Origin: Paraspadella gotoi
Taxonomy: Eukaryota; Animalia; Chaetognatha
Assembly (NCBI GenBank): GCA_051294375.1
Contig: CM119271.1
Span: 10,605,376 to 10,669,375, forward strand
Reading direction: 5' to 3'
Length of the DNA: 64,000 bases
Part shown: positions 39,750 through 51,600 of the stretch, piece by piece
Numbering within the stretch: position 1 is the first letter of the stretch
Layout: every line of letters begins with the position of its first letter
Notes under the pieces: generated by a model
What the model was told of the DNA's origin: nothing
What the model saw: only the letters and a program-made list of their open reading frames with translations
The model's database searches: none
Made by a program: the position numbers and the translations under genes

Positions 39750-42700
39750 ATGGAAGCGGAAGGCTTGGACGCCGTCTACGAAAAAATCAAATCGGCTCTG
39801 GTCATCGAACTTCAAGATCCTTCGTGGATCCTGCTGAAGGAGGATCAACGTGTCATCGTGGAACGGCGCCGCGGTGACGCCGACCTCGACGTCCTCTCCT
39901 CCGGTCTCCAAGACGACGTCGTGGTCAAGCAAGAACCTTTGACCTTGACGCCGATCACCGGAAGCGCGGAAGACGAAGTCATCGCCGCCGTTAAACGCGC
40001 CATCCTCCACGACGGATCCTCGATCCTATCGCCGATTCACGAAAGTCGCGGAGGCGCCTTCGACGGTCCCTTCGACATCGGAGAGGCGCAAGACGATGAC
40101 GAGCCTTCGTGCAAAGTGGAAAACATTCTCGTCGGCGAGAATGAAGTCCGTGCCGAGAATGAAGTTCATCACGGCGCCGAGACGAAGCGAAAACGGCGCG
40201 GACGCCCGCCGAAAATCGACGCCGCCCACCGATCATCTCTCGGCGACGATCGACGGCCACCGTCGAGATTTCCCTGCAAAAATTGCGACGCGACTTTTCG
40301 CGACAAACTCTCTCTGGCTCGTCACGTGAGATGGAAACATCCCGACGCCGCGGTGCCGCCGCGTCGGTCCAAACCCTGCTGCTTCGTCTGCGGCGCCGCG
40401 TTTCGCCTCAAGAGTCGATTGAGGAAGCACTTGACGGACGCCCACCCGGACGAGCCCGTCGCCTGTCACGTCTGCGGGAGAGAGACGCCCAACTTTGCCA
40501 AATTGACGCGGCATCTGAAGAAGGATCACGACGGCGCCGTTTGCCATCTGTGCGACTGGTGCGGCGCTCGTTTGGGCGGCGAAGAGGCGATGGTGGCTCA
40601 CGCCAAAGATGTTCATCGAGTCGAAGTTAAAACTGTCGCTTGCCCGGTTTGTCGCAGGTAACGGATTGACGGTGAGACTTTTTGGAAATGACCGTTGAAT
40701 GATTTTTATTTGTATCCTTTTTCTATCCCAGAGAATTACTCTCGGCCGATCAAGTTCGAACTCACCTCTCCCGCGCCCATCACTTGGACGTTTTCGAAAA
40801 TGAGGAGAACGAGGAGAACGCCAAGGAGAACGCCGCCAGCCTCGATTCGGCGAAGCTCGAGTGCCAAATTTGTAAGCGGCTCTTCCTTCGCGCCGTAGAG
40901 GCCGTGGGTCACGATCACCCGGACGCTGAGAAGAAGCTACTCAAGCGAAAGGTTTATATTTGATATTGTGCCCCCCAATCTTATTTGCATAAAATAATCG
41001 TTTAAATCTCGTCAAATAACTGCTGTGTTCACTTTTCTATTCATATGTATAGATTATACTTCATTATTGCATTTGCGTTACCCTCCTTTCTCTTTCTACT
41101 CTCCACCCTCCCAAAACTTTCCCAGATTTGTACTCACTGCGGTAAGTTCGTGACGAACCTCGTCGAGCACGTCGCCCGAACTCACTCGAAGGAGCAGCAA
41201 TTTCCCTGCAAGGAGTGCGAGAAAACCTTTCCGTCCAGGGGGAAGTTAAACGAGCACGCCAAGACTGTTCACTCGGGGCAGTCGAAGGCCATTTGCGACG
41301 TGAGTATGAGAACTTTTGTTTTGATTTGAAAATGTTGATTAAAAAATAACATAACTTTTTTTCGCCTAGGTGTGTGGGAAACAATTTTCGAACGTTCACA
41401 AAGCCAAACGTCACATGGTGGCGATTCATTTCCAAGAGAAGTGCTTTTGTGAAGTAAGTCTCACAAATTCTCTCCACCGCTCACAGCCTCACACTCCGCT
41501 TTTCCCTTTGGTTACCGGCTACACCTTTCAGGTCTGCGGCAAGGAATGTCCCCACAAGGAGGCTCTCTACGCCCACGTGATCCGCAATCACTCGGGCAAA
41601 GTCTATCACTGCGAAGTCTGCGGCCAGAAATTCTCTCTCCCGGAAAACATGAAGCGTCACGTGCAAACGGTTCACATGAAGTCGAAAATCTCGTGCGAGG
41701 AATGCGGAAAAGAGTTCACCTGCAAGGATCACCTCCGTCGTCACGCCAAGTCCGTTCACGAGGGAAAACGCCACCAGTGTCTTTACTGCGTCAAAAACTA
41801 TAGCCAGGCCGGCGACTTGCATCGTCATATGAAGCTGGCCCACGGTATGCCTGGCTCTAATCAACTCAAAATGCAGCAAGGTCGGAACGTGAAGACAAAT
41901 TCCGAGATGGTAAATTGACGCGTCTTTTGGAGAATTTGTTAATATTCAATATACAATAAGTTTATGTAGGAGTGGGACTCGGGTTATGAATTATATATTA
42001 TTTGTTACTTGCATCTTCAGTGCTCGCGCTGTCTTTCTAGTTTACCTGATATTTATTACAATAGCTAAATGACTAAATACAAATATAATTTATCTTTATT
42101 TGTCGGGAAGAAACTTTCGTGAAGATTCATCATCATTCATTCATAATTATTGTTTATTTAATACAACTATTTAATAGAGTGGAGCACTCAAGAACAAAAA
42201 ATTTATTTGAATGATCGAACAATGATATTTAGATGTGAGATAGTATGATTAACTAGTACAAAAAATATTTTCGTTCATATTATCTCGGGAACAGAATAGC
42301 AAAATATAATATATTTGTAGTAATATCCTTATAAAATAGTAAATTTTAAAAATAATTTTTATAAAACTTTTAATAAAGATTCAGATTCTTCATAAAAAGT
42401 TGAATCAAAAATATAAAACACGTTATCAAAAATTCTGTCATCTTCAATGTTTAAAATAAGAAAAAAGGTAAAATTCCTGACTTTTTTATTCTCTGTAGTA
42501 GAAACTTATATATGTTAAAACGTTTTAGTCATTTTTTGTGATCTAAACATTAAAATATCATATAACATATTTTATAAAAGTTTCTTAGTTTTTTACCGCG
42601 AATCCAAATCAGTTCTTAAAAATAAAAAAAAAAATATTTTGAAATTTAACGATTTTATAAGGATATTACTACATAAATAATTGAATTTGCTATACTGTTA

Positions 42701-43940
42701 TGCTAAAAAAAATTTTAAAAGGATTTAAAATTCATTAATTATATATCCATAGGCAGCAAAAAAATAATGTTCAATCACTCAATCTTTTCATCACTCCACC
42801 CTACTATTCAACACTTAATACATTGAGCAAGGACTTCAGAGATATGGGACTCTTACATGAGAGTACTTTACTTGATTTTTTTTTTTTAAACAGTAACAGT
42901 GTAAAAGACTGGAAAACTAAACTACGTATTGAAATTCACTTTACTTGATCCAAGCTGACCATTTATTTCACCTTTGAATAATAAAGTATTTTTGAGTTAT
43001 GAAAAGGTCAGCCAGGATAGAGATCAACTCTCAATCATTAATGACAAAATTATTCTATCAAAATTATTACAAAATTATTTATGAATCAATTAAACTACTA
43101 AACAATATAGAAAAGTAATATAAAATCCAACAATATGCCTAATAATATTTCAGTACAAAAAGCAATTGGACTTAAATGGTTTACTACTATATGCAAATGC
43201 GATTGATGAAATCTCAATCTCATTTAGTATTATTCTAAGAATCTATCTCTTACATTTACTTTGTGGTCGGTCTGTTTGTCATTGATTTATCTAACATTTT
43301 ATATTTTATACATTTTATATACAAATTAATATTAATTTACATAATACTTTATTTTTTCTTTAATTTCGTTAGTGTAAATTTAAACAAGAGAAAAGATTGA
43401 TTTTCACAACGAATTTTTGTTTTTAATTTGCTTACATGTTTCGAATAGTATTCTTTTCATCGTCAGTGCAAATTAGAAACAAAAATTCTTTGTGAAAAAT
43501 CACCCTTTTCTCTTATATACATAATGCTTTATCATTTTTATTTATACGATTTCGATTATATAATACGTATTAAAACTTTTTTTTTTTTTCAGGTCGTCGA
43601 CTCGATCGATCCTATTCTTTCCACGACCGACCCGGCCAAAGAGGAACGGCGGACGGAGAAGTCGGTCTCCTCCAAGCCACACCCGCATCGATCTCTCGTC
43701 CTCGAAACGTTGCCAACCTTTCTCGCCGATTCCTCCGTCGACTCGGCGACGCAAGGTCTCAAAGTCGATCTTCGCCCCTACTATTCCCTCAACGCTAAAG
43801 AGTTCTCCACGTCGAGCGCGTCCAACCTCGACGCCTCCGACGCGTTCGCCCGCCCACCATCGCCGCCTCCGCCTTAAGTTCTTACTCCCCGCCGCCGCCC
43901 TTGACCGCCATGGCGTCGCGTCGCAACTCGCGTCCCATTG
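39750..43940 (+). CDS. AT-hook plus multi-C2H2 zinc-finger protein, copy 2 (last exon from 43593 has the acceptor but carries indels)
   Basis: Same exons as copy 1; ttttcag|GTCGTCGAC acceptor present at 43592. Confidence 0.8.
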
Positions 43941-44018
43941 AGAGATTAAATTCTTTTTTTTTTTTTTTTTTTTGGTGCAACACGGGATTATATTTTATGT
44001 ATTACAGGTTTTTTTTAA

Positions 44019-44043
44019 NNNNNNNNNNNNNNNNNNNNNNNNN
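44019..44043. other. Assembly gap (25 N)
   Basis: Run of n. Confidence 1.
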
Positions 44044-44471
44044 AAAAATTTGTCAATTGGCATTATGTTTATTTCGTGATTAATCGTTTTTATTTTCGGA
44101 GTTTAACTTTTTTTAATTTCGATGCTCGTACTCCATTTTTGATCGGCGAAATGGATGTTTCTTTTAAAAAAAAAAATTAGATTAGCTTTATTATAATTGT
44201 AGTGAAAATTAACCAAATTTGTTGAATCAGTTTAATAAAAACTTTATCGGAAAATGTTTTGGCCTTTTTTTTTATTTATTGTTGATTTTAGCTTTAATTT
44301 TAGTGGGCGGTGCAACCCGTATGATTTTTTCTGGTATCTCCACCCTTATCGTCATTTCTTAGCAACCCCCCCCCTTGGCTTTTGTAATTTTATTTTGTCT
44401 CAATAAATTTATTTGATGAGCTGTTTTTCTTTTTATCGCGTTCATGTATATTTCATATATTTATTTAAAGA

Positions 44472-45246
44472 ATGGACTCGAGGGAGGAATTATCCTCTCG
44501 TTTGGCGTCGGACCTCGTCGCCTCACATTTCAAGTTTGCGGACGAAAATACTTTTTCGGCCTTCGACGAAGCCATCGCCGTTTTGATGGTGCAGTTGGAA
44601 GACTTCATCGCTCTCCAGGCAAGGCCGCTTTCAAACAAAGGATACGAACTCGGAAATTTATGAAATTCATGCGACCGATAATTACTACTTATCCCTCTAA
44701 TCGCAACGACGGATCTTCTTTACAAACAGGGCATGGTGAACGAAGACACGAGCCTTTGCTTCGACAAAACTCTCCCTCAAATCCGCGACAAATCGGATCA
44801 GTTGGATCGCTTGTTCTCCAAGATCGAGGATTTGGAGTCCTTCGTCGGTGAGTCGCCGAATTCCTCTCTAAATTTCGATCAACCGATCGAAGGAAAAAAT
44901 GAATCCGCTTTTCTCAGAAATGATGAAAGGCCGAGTGGACGAGTTCGAATCCGTGATGGACGCCGCAGAAAATGAGCTCGACCTCGGCGTCGCGTCCAAC
45001 GTTCGACGAGCCTTGACCCGATTTCTTCCTAAGCGGCAACCCAAGGTTTAATTCGAGGGACAATACGTAGGATAGTCGGTTTATTTCGGCGATGGTAAGC
45101 TTAGTTCGTATGCAAATTTCCTTTTGTCTTTTTGTTAGGCTTCTTCTCCGAACGCCGAGTTCACTCCAGTTTACGTTCCGAATACCAGCGAATACTTTGA
45201 AAATTCTTCGCAAGCTACTTCTGAAATTGAAAATGCGTCAATTTAA
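44472..45246 (+). CDS. BLOC1S4: BLOC-1 subunit 4 (cappuccino); exons 44472-44618, 44730-44847, 44918-45046, 45139-45246; first intron GC-AG
   Basis: Spliced: MDSREELS...LMVQLEDFIALQ|GMVNEDTS...LPQIRDKSDQLDRLFSKIEDLESFVEMMKGRVDEFESVMDAAENEL...EFTPVYVPNTSEYF; resembles cappuccino (IDRLEAFV..., T.DYF). Confidence 0.75.
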
Positions 45247-46188
45247 TCGGTCTTCATAACAATCCAAAGGACTGTGAAATTCTATCATGTAGCTCCTCTC
45301 CACCACGCCGATGCTCTTTTACTCCAGATGTCGTGTGTCCACAAGAAAGACAAAAGAGAAAAGCAAGGAGTAGACTCCTCCTCTCCTCTCCTCCTCTTCC
45401 TCCTCTCAGCTCCATCTCTCGGGATGCATCGGAAGGGAAAATCACTTTTTGTTTCACGACCACGTGTTCACTGGTTTTTCGTGAAAGTTATTTTTTGCGT
45501 TATTTTTGCATTGTCTGCATTATTTTTTGCATTATTTTGATTGTTCTTGAAATATTTTTTGAATATTTTTCAAGTGTTTCAGTTTTTCTGAATACTGGAT
45601 TATCTTTATTTGCGAAATTTCTTTTCGTATTGTCGGTTTTGATCCATCTTATGTCTGAGACTCGCGGATCAGAGTCGAGCCCGCTTTTTAGCGGCCGAAA
45701 GCGAGCGGGCACTTCGTCCTCTTCAAAAGGGACTGGCCCAGGAGCCGTTCATGGACGTGAGCTGTCTCCTCCTCACACTCCCGGACCGGCTCCCGCATCT
45801 CCGCTCAGTAAGCGAGATCGGCCCGGTAGGGCGCCGCCGGGTTTCTCTTCATCGCCGTCTGGTGCGATCAAGAGATCGAATGCATCTCTTATTCTTCGGC
45901 GTATGGTGGCTTGGGGGCAGATAAGGTGCGTTCGGAAGTCCGGCTAGTAGCCTAGAAACGAATCAGCTCGACGTCATCCAATCTGGTTTTTCTATTGTGC
46001 AACAACAGTTGGAGGCCTTTCAAAGGTCGATGCGTCTGGAGATGGACTCTTTTAAGCGGTATGTTTATTTTTTATGATTCGCTTTGAATTTTTCGCCTTT
46101 GGCGTACATTACGTGAAATTTTTTCGAAATATTTTCGCTCCACCAATTCGACTTTTGTTTGTTTTTCTCTTCTTGCCGCTCTCGTTAC

Positions 46189-46278
46189 AGAGCATCGGCG
46201 TGGTGGAGAGGAGCTACATGATAGAATTTTTGGTTCCAAACGGAACCGGGATTCTTCATGGCTCCTCTCCACCACGCC
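46189..46278. repeat. Internal complementary region (ICR) of the DIRS element
   Basis: Its reverse complement reads right end ...gtttggaaccaaaaatt joined to left end ctatcatgtagctcctctccaccacgccgatgctct, i.e. the circle junction. Confidence 0.9.
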
Positions 46279-46780
46279 ACCTCCCGCCGTCCACCCCTGG
46301 CACCACCGGTGGTGGAGGGCGGCTTCGAAGAGTTGTTTTTTGTCTTTTTGGTGTTCCTTTTTTTCTAATATTTTCTCGTTTTTATTTTTACATGTACACA
46401 TCTTCGTGGCTCCTGGAATCTCACGTTATGTTGCTGTATTCTCCATCTTCGCTGATTTCGTTTCTAGATGTCATGCCCCTGCTGTATTTCCCGGGGTCGA
46501 CCTTGCTACCCCGACTTTCCCCAAGTCGGCGCCGACCTGTGTTCGCCGAATGCTTCCTTATACGACTCACCAGACTTGGATGTTTCTGGTTCGAGGAAGA
46601 TGAGCTCGCGTCTATTTCTGATGCTACAGGTTTTGATACCTTTTTGCCGCAACAAGATCTGCTGCTATTCCATCAGATTGGACTTGTCAACAATGGAGAG
46701 AGTTCCGTTCTATTGACGGTGCTGGCGAGCTCAAGAGGGGATGGGAGCCTGGTCAAGGGCGCTCTGTATTCGCTAGATGG

Positions 46781-48132
46781 GTGGATGGTGCTTCTCCACC
46801 AGAATTTGGACCTCCGCGCAAAGACAGTTGCTTGTCTGCGCAGTTCGATGCTGTTGTTAAAGACCGCAAATCGGCCTCTATTTACAAACAAGCAGTGCGG
46901 TCCATGAGAGATGCTGGTGCCGTTGCGCACTCTGTACTGCATACAGCGGATGGATTGCGTCATATTGTCAATTCTCTCAGAGCTTCCGACGCGGATCCCG
47001 AGCTCATGGCTGATCTGGAGGCCTTGGCGGCCCCTCTCAAGGATTCTGCGACCATGTTGGCTTCTTCTTTCAACGCAGCCTTGGTTGAAGCTCGGCGTTC
47101 CATTATCCAGTCGGCTCCCAAAGAACTCAAACCCACTCTTTCGGATGCGGGTCCTTCGGCGGGGTTCTTTTTTGGAAATCGCGCTACAGATGTTACTGCT
47201 GCGATCCACTCTTCCCTGTTCAAGAGTCAAGCTTCTCGACCTAAGAGTTGGAGAGTCTCCACTGTTTCCCGTTACGAAAGGGCTTGGAAGTCCTTCGTCT
47301 CCTTCCTTCAAGGTCGGGACCTTCGAGGAGATCAAGCTTCTGTGAAGGATGTGCTGGATTATCTCGCCCATCTTAGTGACAACAGGTTGTCCTATAGCAC
47401 TATCAATTTGCATAGATCGGCGATTTCTGCGACTCTTCCTTTGGTGGAGGGTGCTCCTATTGGTCAGCACCCATTAGTTTGCCGTTTGCTCAAAGGAGTT
47501 TTTCAGCTACGGCCTCCTTCGCGCCGGATCTACCCAGCTTGGAGTGTGGCTGCGGTTTTGCGCGTTTTTGATGTGATGCCTTTCCCGTTATCACCTTATG
47601 ATATTCTACGCAAGACTACGTTTCTTCTTGCATTGGCTTCCGCTAGGCGACCTTCTGAATTGGTCTCCTTGCGATGTGGTCCAGACCACATGTTTTTGGT
47701 TGAGGATCACGTACGTTTCGTGCCCTCCAGGCTTTCCAAGACGGATCGGATTCTTCATCTTGGCCCTGTTTTTCGTTTGGATCGACTGACCGGTTCTGTT
47801 AGATGCCCGGTCCTGGCCTTGCGTTCCTGGTTGTCGTCAGACAAGCTCTGGGGCCTCAGCACGATTTTCTCTTCTCTTCCCCTGCGCCGCCTCATGGACC
47901 TTTGTCTCTCCAGCGTTTTGCCGCCCTGATCAAGTCAGTCTTTAGAGATGCGGATATCGACGCGCCTCCTGGATCTACTCGCGCTATGGCAGTGTCGGAG
48001 GCCTTCGCTAAAGGAGTGGACTTGGATGTCATCCTTCGTGCTGGAGATTGGTCAGGCGCACAGACCTTCTTTCGTTTTTATTGTCGGGAGTCGGCTTGGG
48101 GCTACTCTCAGCGGGGTCTTGTGGATGAGTGA
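46781..48132 (+). pseudogene. Gag-like/tyrosine recombinase fusion ORF with a 1-nt frameshift near 47832; degenerate gag N-terminus from ~45651
   Basis: Gag-like ARRSII...LSDAGPSAGFFFG runs in frame into SWRVSTVSRYERAWKSF; YR motifs LLALASARRPSEL, SKT, RCPV, then (shifted frame) PGSTR, AGDWS, TFFRFY. Confidence 0.85.
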
Positions 48133-48624
48133 TTTTCCCTTCCGATGCATCCCGAGAGATGGAGCTGAGAGGAGGAAGAGGAGGAGGAGCAGGAGGAGGA
48201 GGAGTCTACTCCTTCTGCTTTTCTCTTTTGTCTTTCTTGTGGACACACGACATCTGGAACAAAAGAGCATCGGCGTGGTGGAGAGGAGCCATGAAGAATC
48301 CCGGTTCCGTTTGGAACCAAAAATTTTCAACGTGTTAGCGAAGATTATTTGTTGTATCTTTTGGTTTGATACTTTGCTCTCCGATGTTATGACTTAAAGT
48401 TCATGTGCTCAGAAAGGTTCACAAATAGAAATCCTCTAAAGTACTATTAAATTAGTACGTCTCCTAGAAAATATTGCGAATTCGCTGTACGTTTGTCTTT
48501 CTCTTTATCATTATTTGACCGCTGTTGCTGTTATTTATTATTATTATAATTAATATTATTATTATTGTTGTTCGGTGTCAACCAAAATTGTATTTCGCTC
48601 CAAAAAAATTCAATTTTTCCAGAA

Positions 48625-51600
48625 ATGGGTTTGACAAATTTTGTCATCCGATTAACTTTTGGGTGCTTCATCCTCTCCTTGTTGAAAGCGTCTCATCCCG
48701 AGGCGATGCAACAAGAGGGAGATTTAGAGCAGCATAGGGCTGATCTCGACGACGCCCCCAACGCCCTCCCCCAACATAGGGCCGAGGTCGACGACGCCCC
48801 CAACGCCCACCCCCAACAGTCCGATCCTAGTCAAAACAGGAACGACCCCGCCCTTCGACGAAGAGGGGACGATCTCCAGCGGCCGCCCCAGAAGCGATCC
48901 AAGATCCCCGTCGACGTCGAATCGTTGCAGCGACCACGAAAAATATCCGACGGCGAATCGCCGCCGCGACGACCGAACCGCCGATTCGACGATCGAGAAT
49001 CTCGTCCCGAACCCGTGGCCCCGCAACACCTCGCCCTCCACCCGGACTGTCGCGATGACGTGCAGCGTATCTGCGAGGAACCCGTCTCCAGCCGTAACAA
49101 CTTTGCCGTCCTCGATTGTCTCCAGCGCGATCCCCGACAGCGCCTCTCCGACCCGTGCAGCCACATCGTCTGGACTTACAAGCGAAACCTGACGAGGGAC
49201 GTGCGGTTCGACGCGGCGGCGTTCGAGGTCTGCCGCGAGACTGTTGACTCGCTGCCGGAATGCTCGGCTCTGGAAAAGGGGACGGGTCAGATAGTCTCCT
49301 GCCTCATCGACAACGTCAGCAACGTCACCAAGGAGCAATGCGCTCAATTTCTGCGCAAGATGGAGGCTCTCGTTTTTGCCGACTATCGACTCGTCAACAA
49401 GTTTGTCGACAAATGCGGGCGGGAGATCGAGGAGCACAAGTGCGGCAGAGTGTCGGGCAAGCAGGATAAACTGCCGCATCGGCAGGGAGAAACTATCGCT
49501 TGTCTTCAGGGGAAGATCGGTCGATTGGCGGGAGAATGCAGAAAGGAAATTCTCAGGATAAGGTAAGCGGCCGAGGACGATGTTATTGGAGTGTAAGTTA
49601 AATTATAAATAAATAAATAATATATAATATATGATGATATAAAAAAAATACTATTCTCCCCGCGGACAGCGAACTTCAGGCGGACGACTACCACCTGGAC
49701 CGCCAACTGTTCTTCGCCTGTCGCGAGGACCGCGAGCGCTTCTGCCCTCGCGTCGGCGCCGGAAACGGGCAGATCTACAAGTGCCTGATGCGTCGCAAAT
49801 TCGACGCCGCCATGAGCGCCGCCTGTCGCGCCGAGCTCGCCAGGCGGCAGAAGCTGGTCAGCGAGGACTGGAAGGTGAATCGCGGTCTCGTCTCCAACTG
49901 TCGCGCCGACGTCAAGCATCACATGTGCCTCAATCAACCCAGAGCCGAAGCGCTCACTTTCAAACAAGGTGTGTTAATGTGTGTTTTAAAAGTGACGCAT
50001 CCATTCCAAATTTTCACACGGGTATTTTTTTAATTTTTTTTTTGTCCCAGGAAAATTGTCGATTATCGTTCTGTGTTTGGAGAACGCCATGCGCGAAGGA
50101 CTTACAGTGAGCCAGGAGTGCCAAGCCGAACTTTTCGACGTGCGGAAGCAACTGATGGAAGACTTCAGCATCACTCCGGAAATCGTCACGGAGTGCAGCA
50201 AGGAAATCAAGGAGGAATGCAGCGGAATGTCCAAAAAAGGTAGGACGATGCATACGGCAGTGTTATGGCTTAACAAAGATTGTTTAAATTGATGCGTTGT
50301 TCTTTTGTTCTTCCAGGACGAACCCTTCACTGTTTAATGGATCTCATGAGTCCACGGAAAAAAGACAATCAGATCAAACTGGAGAGACGGATTTCTCAGA
50401 ATTGCAAGAGAGAGATGTCGAAACTGCTCAAAGAAGCCGACGTCGGTTAGTCTTGAAGACGAGATAATTCGCTCAAGATCGTTTCCTGACGATTAACGAA
50501 CCCCACTCATTGTTACAGGTTCGGACTTCCGCATCGACACCATGCTGCAGGAGATGTGCCAACCGGTCGTTGAGACCGCCTGCCGGGATATCCGCCCCGG
50601 CGACGCCAGGATCATCACTTGTCTCTTGGAAAAGTTGGACACGGACCACATGATCGCCGAATGCGAGGAAAGACTCCTAGAGATTCAATACTTTATAACG
50701 AGAGACTGGAAGATGGATCCCAGGTGAAGTGGGTTCGTGGAAGGGGGATTGTAGGTGATCCGGGTTACGGTCAGGGATCGACGAAAACGTTTTGTTTCCA
50801 TCTTTAAGAATTCACCGGAAGTGCCGATCGGAAGCAAAGAAATTATGCCACGCGGAAGAAGCTTGGAAAGAGATGAATACCAACGACGAAAATATCGGAG
50901 AAGAGCAGAGGGCGCATCAAGGTGAGAAAAAGGGGGCGTGGAGCATTTCGGAGATAGTAGTCGAAAGTGGTGTTGCTGTTCCTTCTACTTTCAAATTTAT
51001 GGAAAAGAACCAACCAACCAAACTTTTACAGGCTACGTCCTCGCCTGCCTCTTTCGTTACGCGGACAACGAAAAGAGCGAACTGGTGTCGCGCGGGTGCG
51101 ACTTGGAACTCCGTCGCGCCATGAAGGAGCGCGCCATCTCCGTGCACCTTCAGCCGGAACTGGAGGATCCTTGTCTGCTGGACCTGGGAAAATATTGCTC
51201 CTCCAAGGTCGAGAAAGGAATGGAGATTGACTGTTTGCAGGTCGGTAATTATATTATATATTGTACATATTTAGTTCAATATTTATTGTGTTTTTTTTTT
51301 TAATTAATTTTTATTTCTTTAGAATAATTTTGAAAAGCTAAGTGACGAATGCCGTAAGAGCGTTGAAGAGGTCACCGAGAGGGAAGCCGATGACATTGGT
51401 GAGCGGAGATTGAAAATCGGTCTTTGGGAAAGGTTTCGATAAACATAACATAACAAACTTTTTTTTCCTCAGAATTGGATCGCATTCTGGTGAAGGAATG
51501 TTCCCCGATCATCAATCGATTCTGCAAGCATTTGTTGGAAGCGGCCTCGACCGACGAGGGTCGCTTGATGGAATGCTTGATCGCCCACAAGAATCAGCGG

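Larger units (their letters stand above)
34401..43975 (+). repeat. Near-identical tandem duplication with ~4.83 kb period (copy 1 ~34401-39140, copy 2 ~39231-43975)
   Basis: Matching ORFs offset by 4829 nt (34921/39750, 36541/41370); few SNPs (TAC/CAC at 35341/40170) and small indels. Confidence 0.95.
45279..48325 (+). mobile_element. DIRS-type tyrosine-recombinase retroelement, non-autonomous (no RT/RNase H)
   Basis: ITRs 45292-45446 and 48128-48289; unique outer extensions; ICR at 46189-46278 complementary to both termini; gag-like and YR coding sequence. Confidence 0.9.

Noticed and set aside
45279-48325. Phage integrase, Crypton or cut-and-paste TIR transposon interpretation
   Set aside because: The ICR complementary to both ends and the gag-like region are diagnostic of DIRS-type elements; no DDE transposase is present.
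48730-48815. 42-bp tandem repeat in GLG1 exon 1 (QHRADLDDAPNALP-like x2)
   Set aside because: Ordinary variation in the low-complexity N-terminal region.
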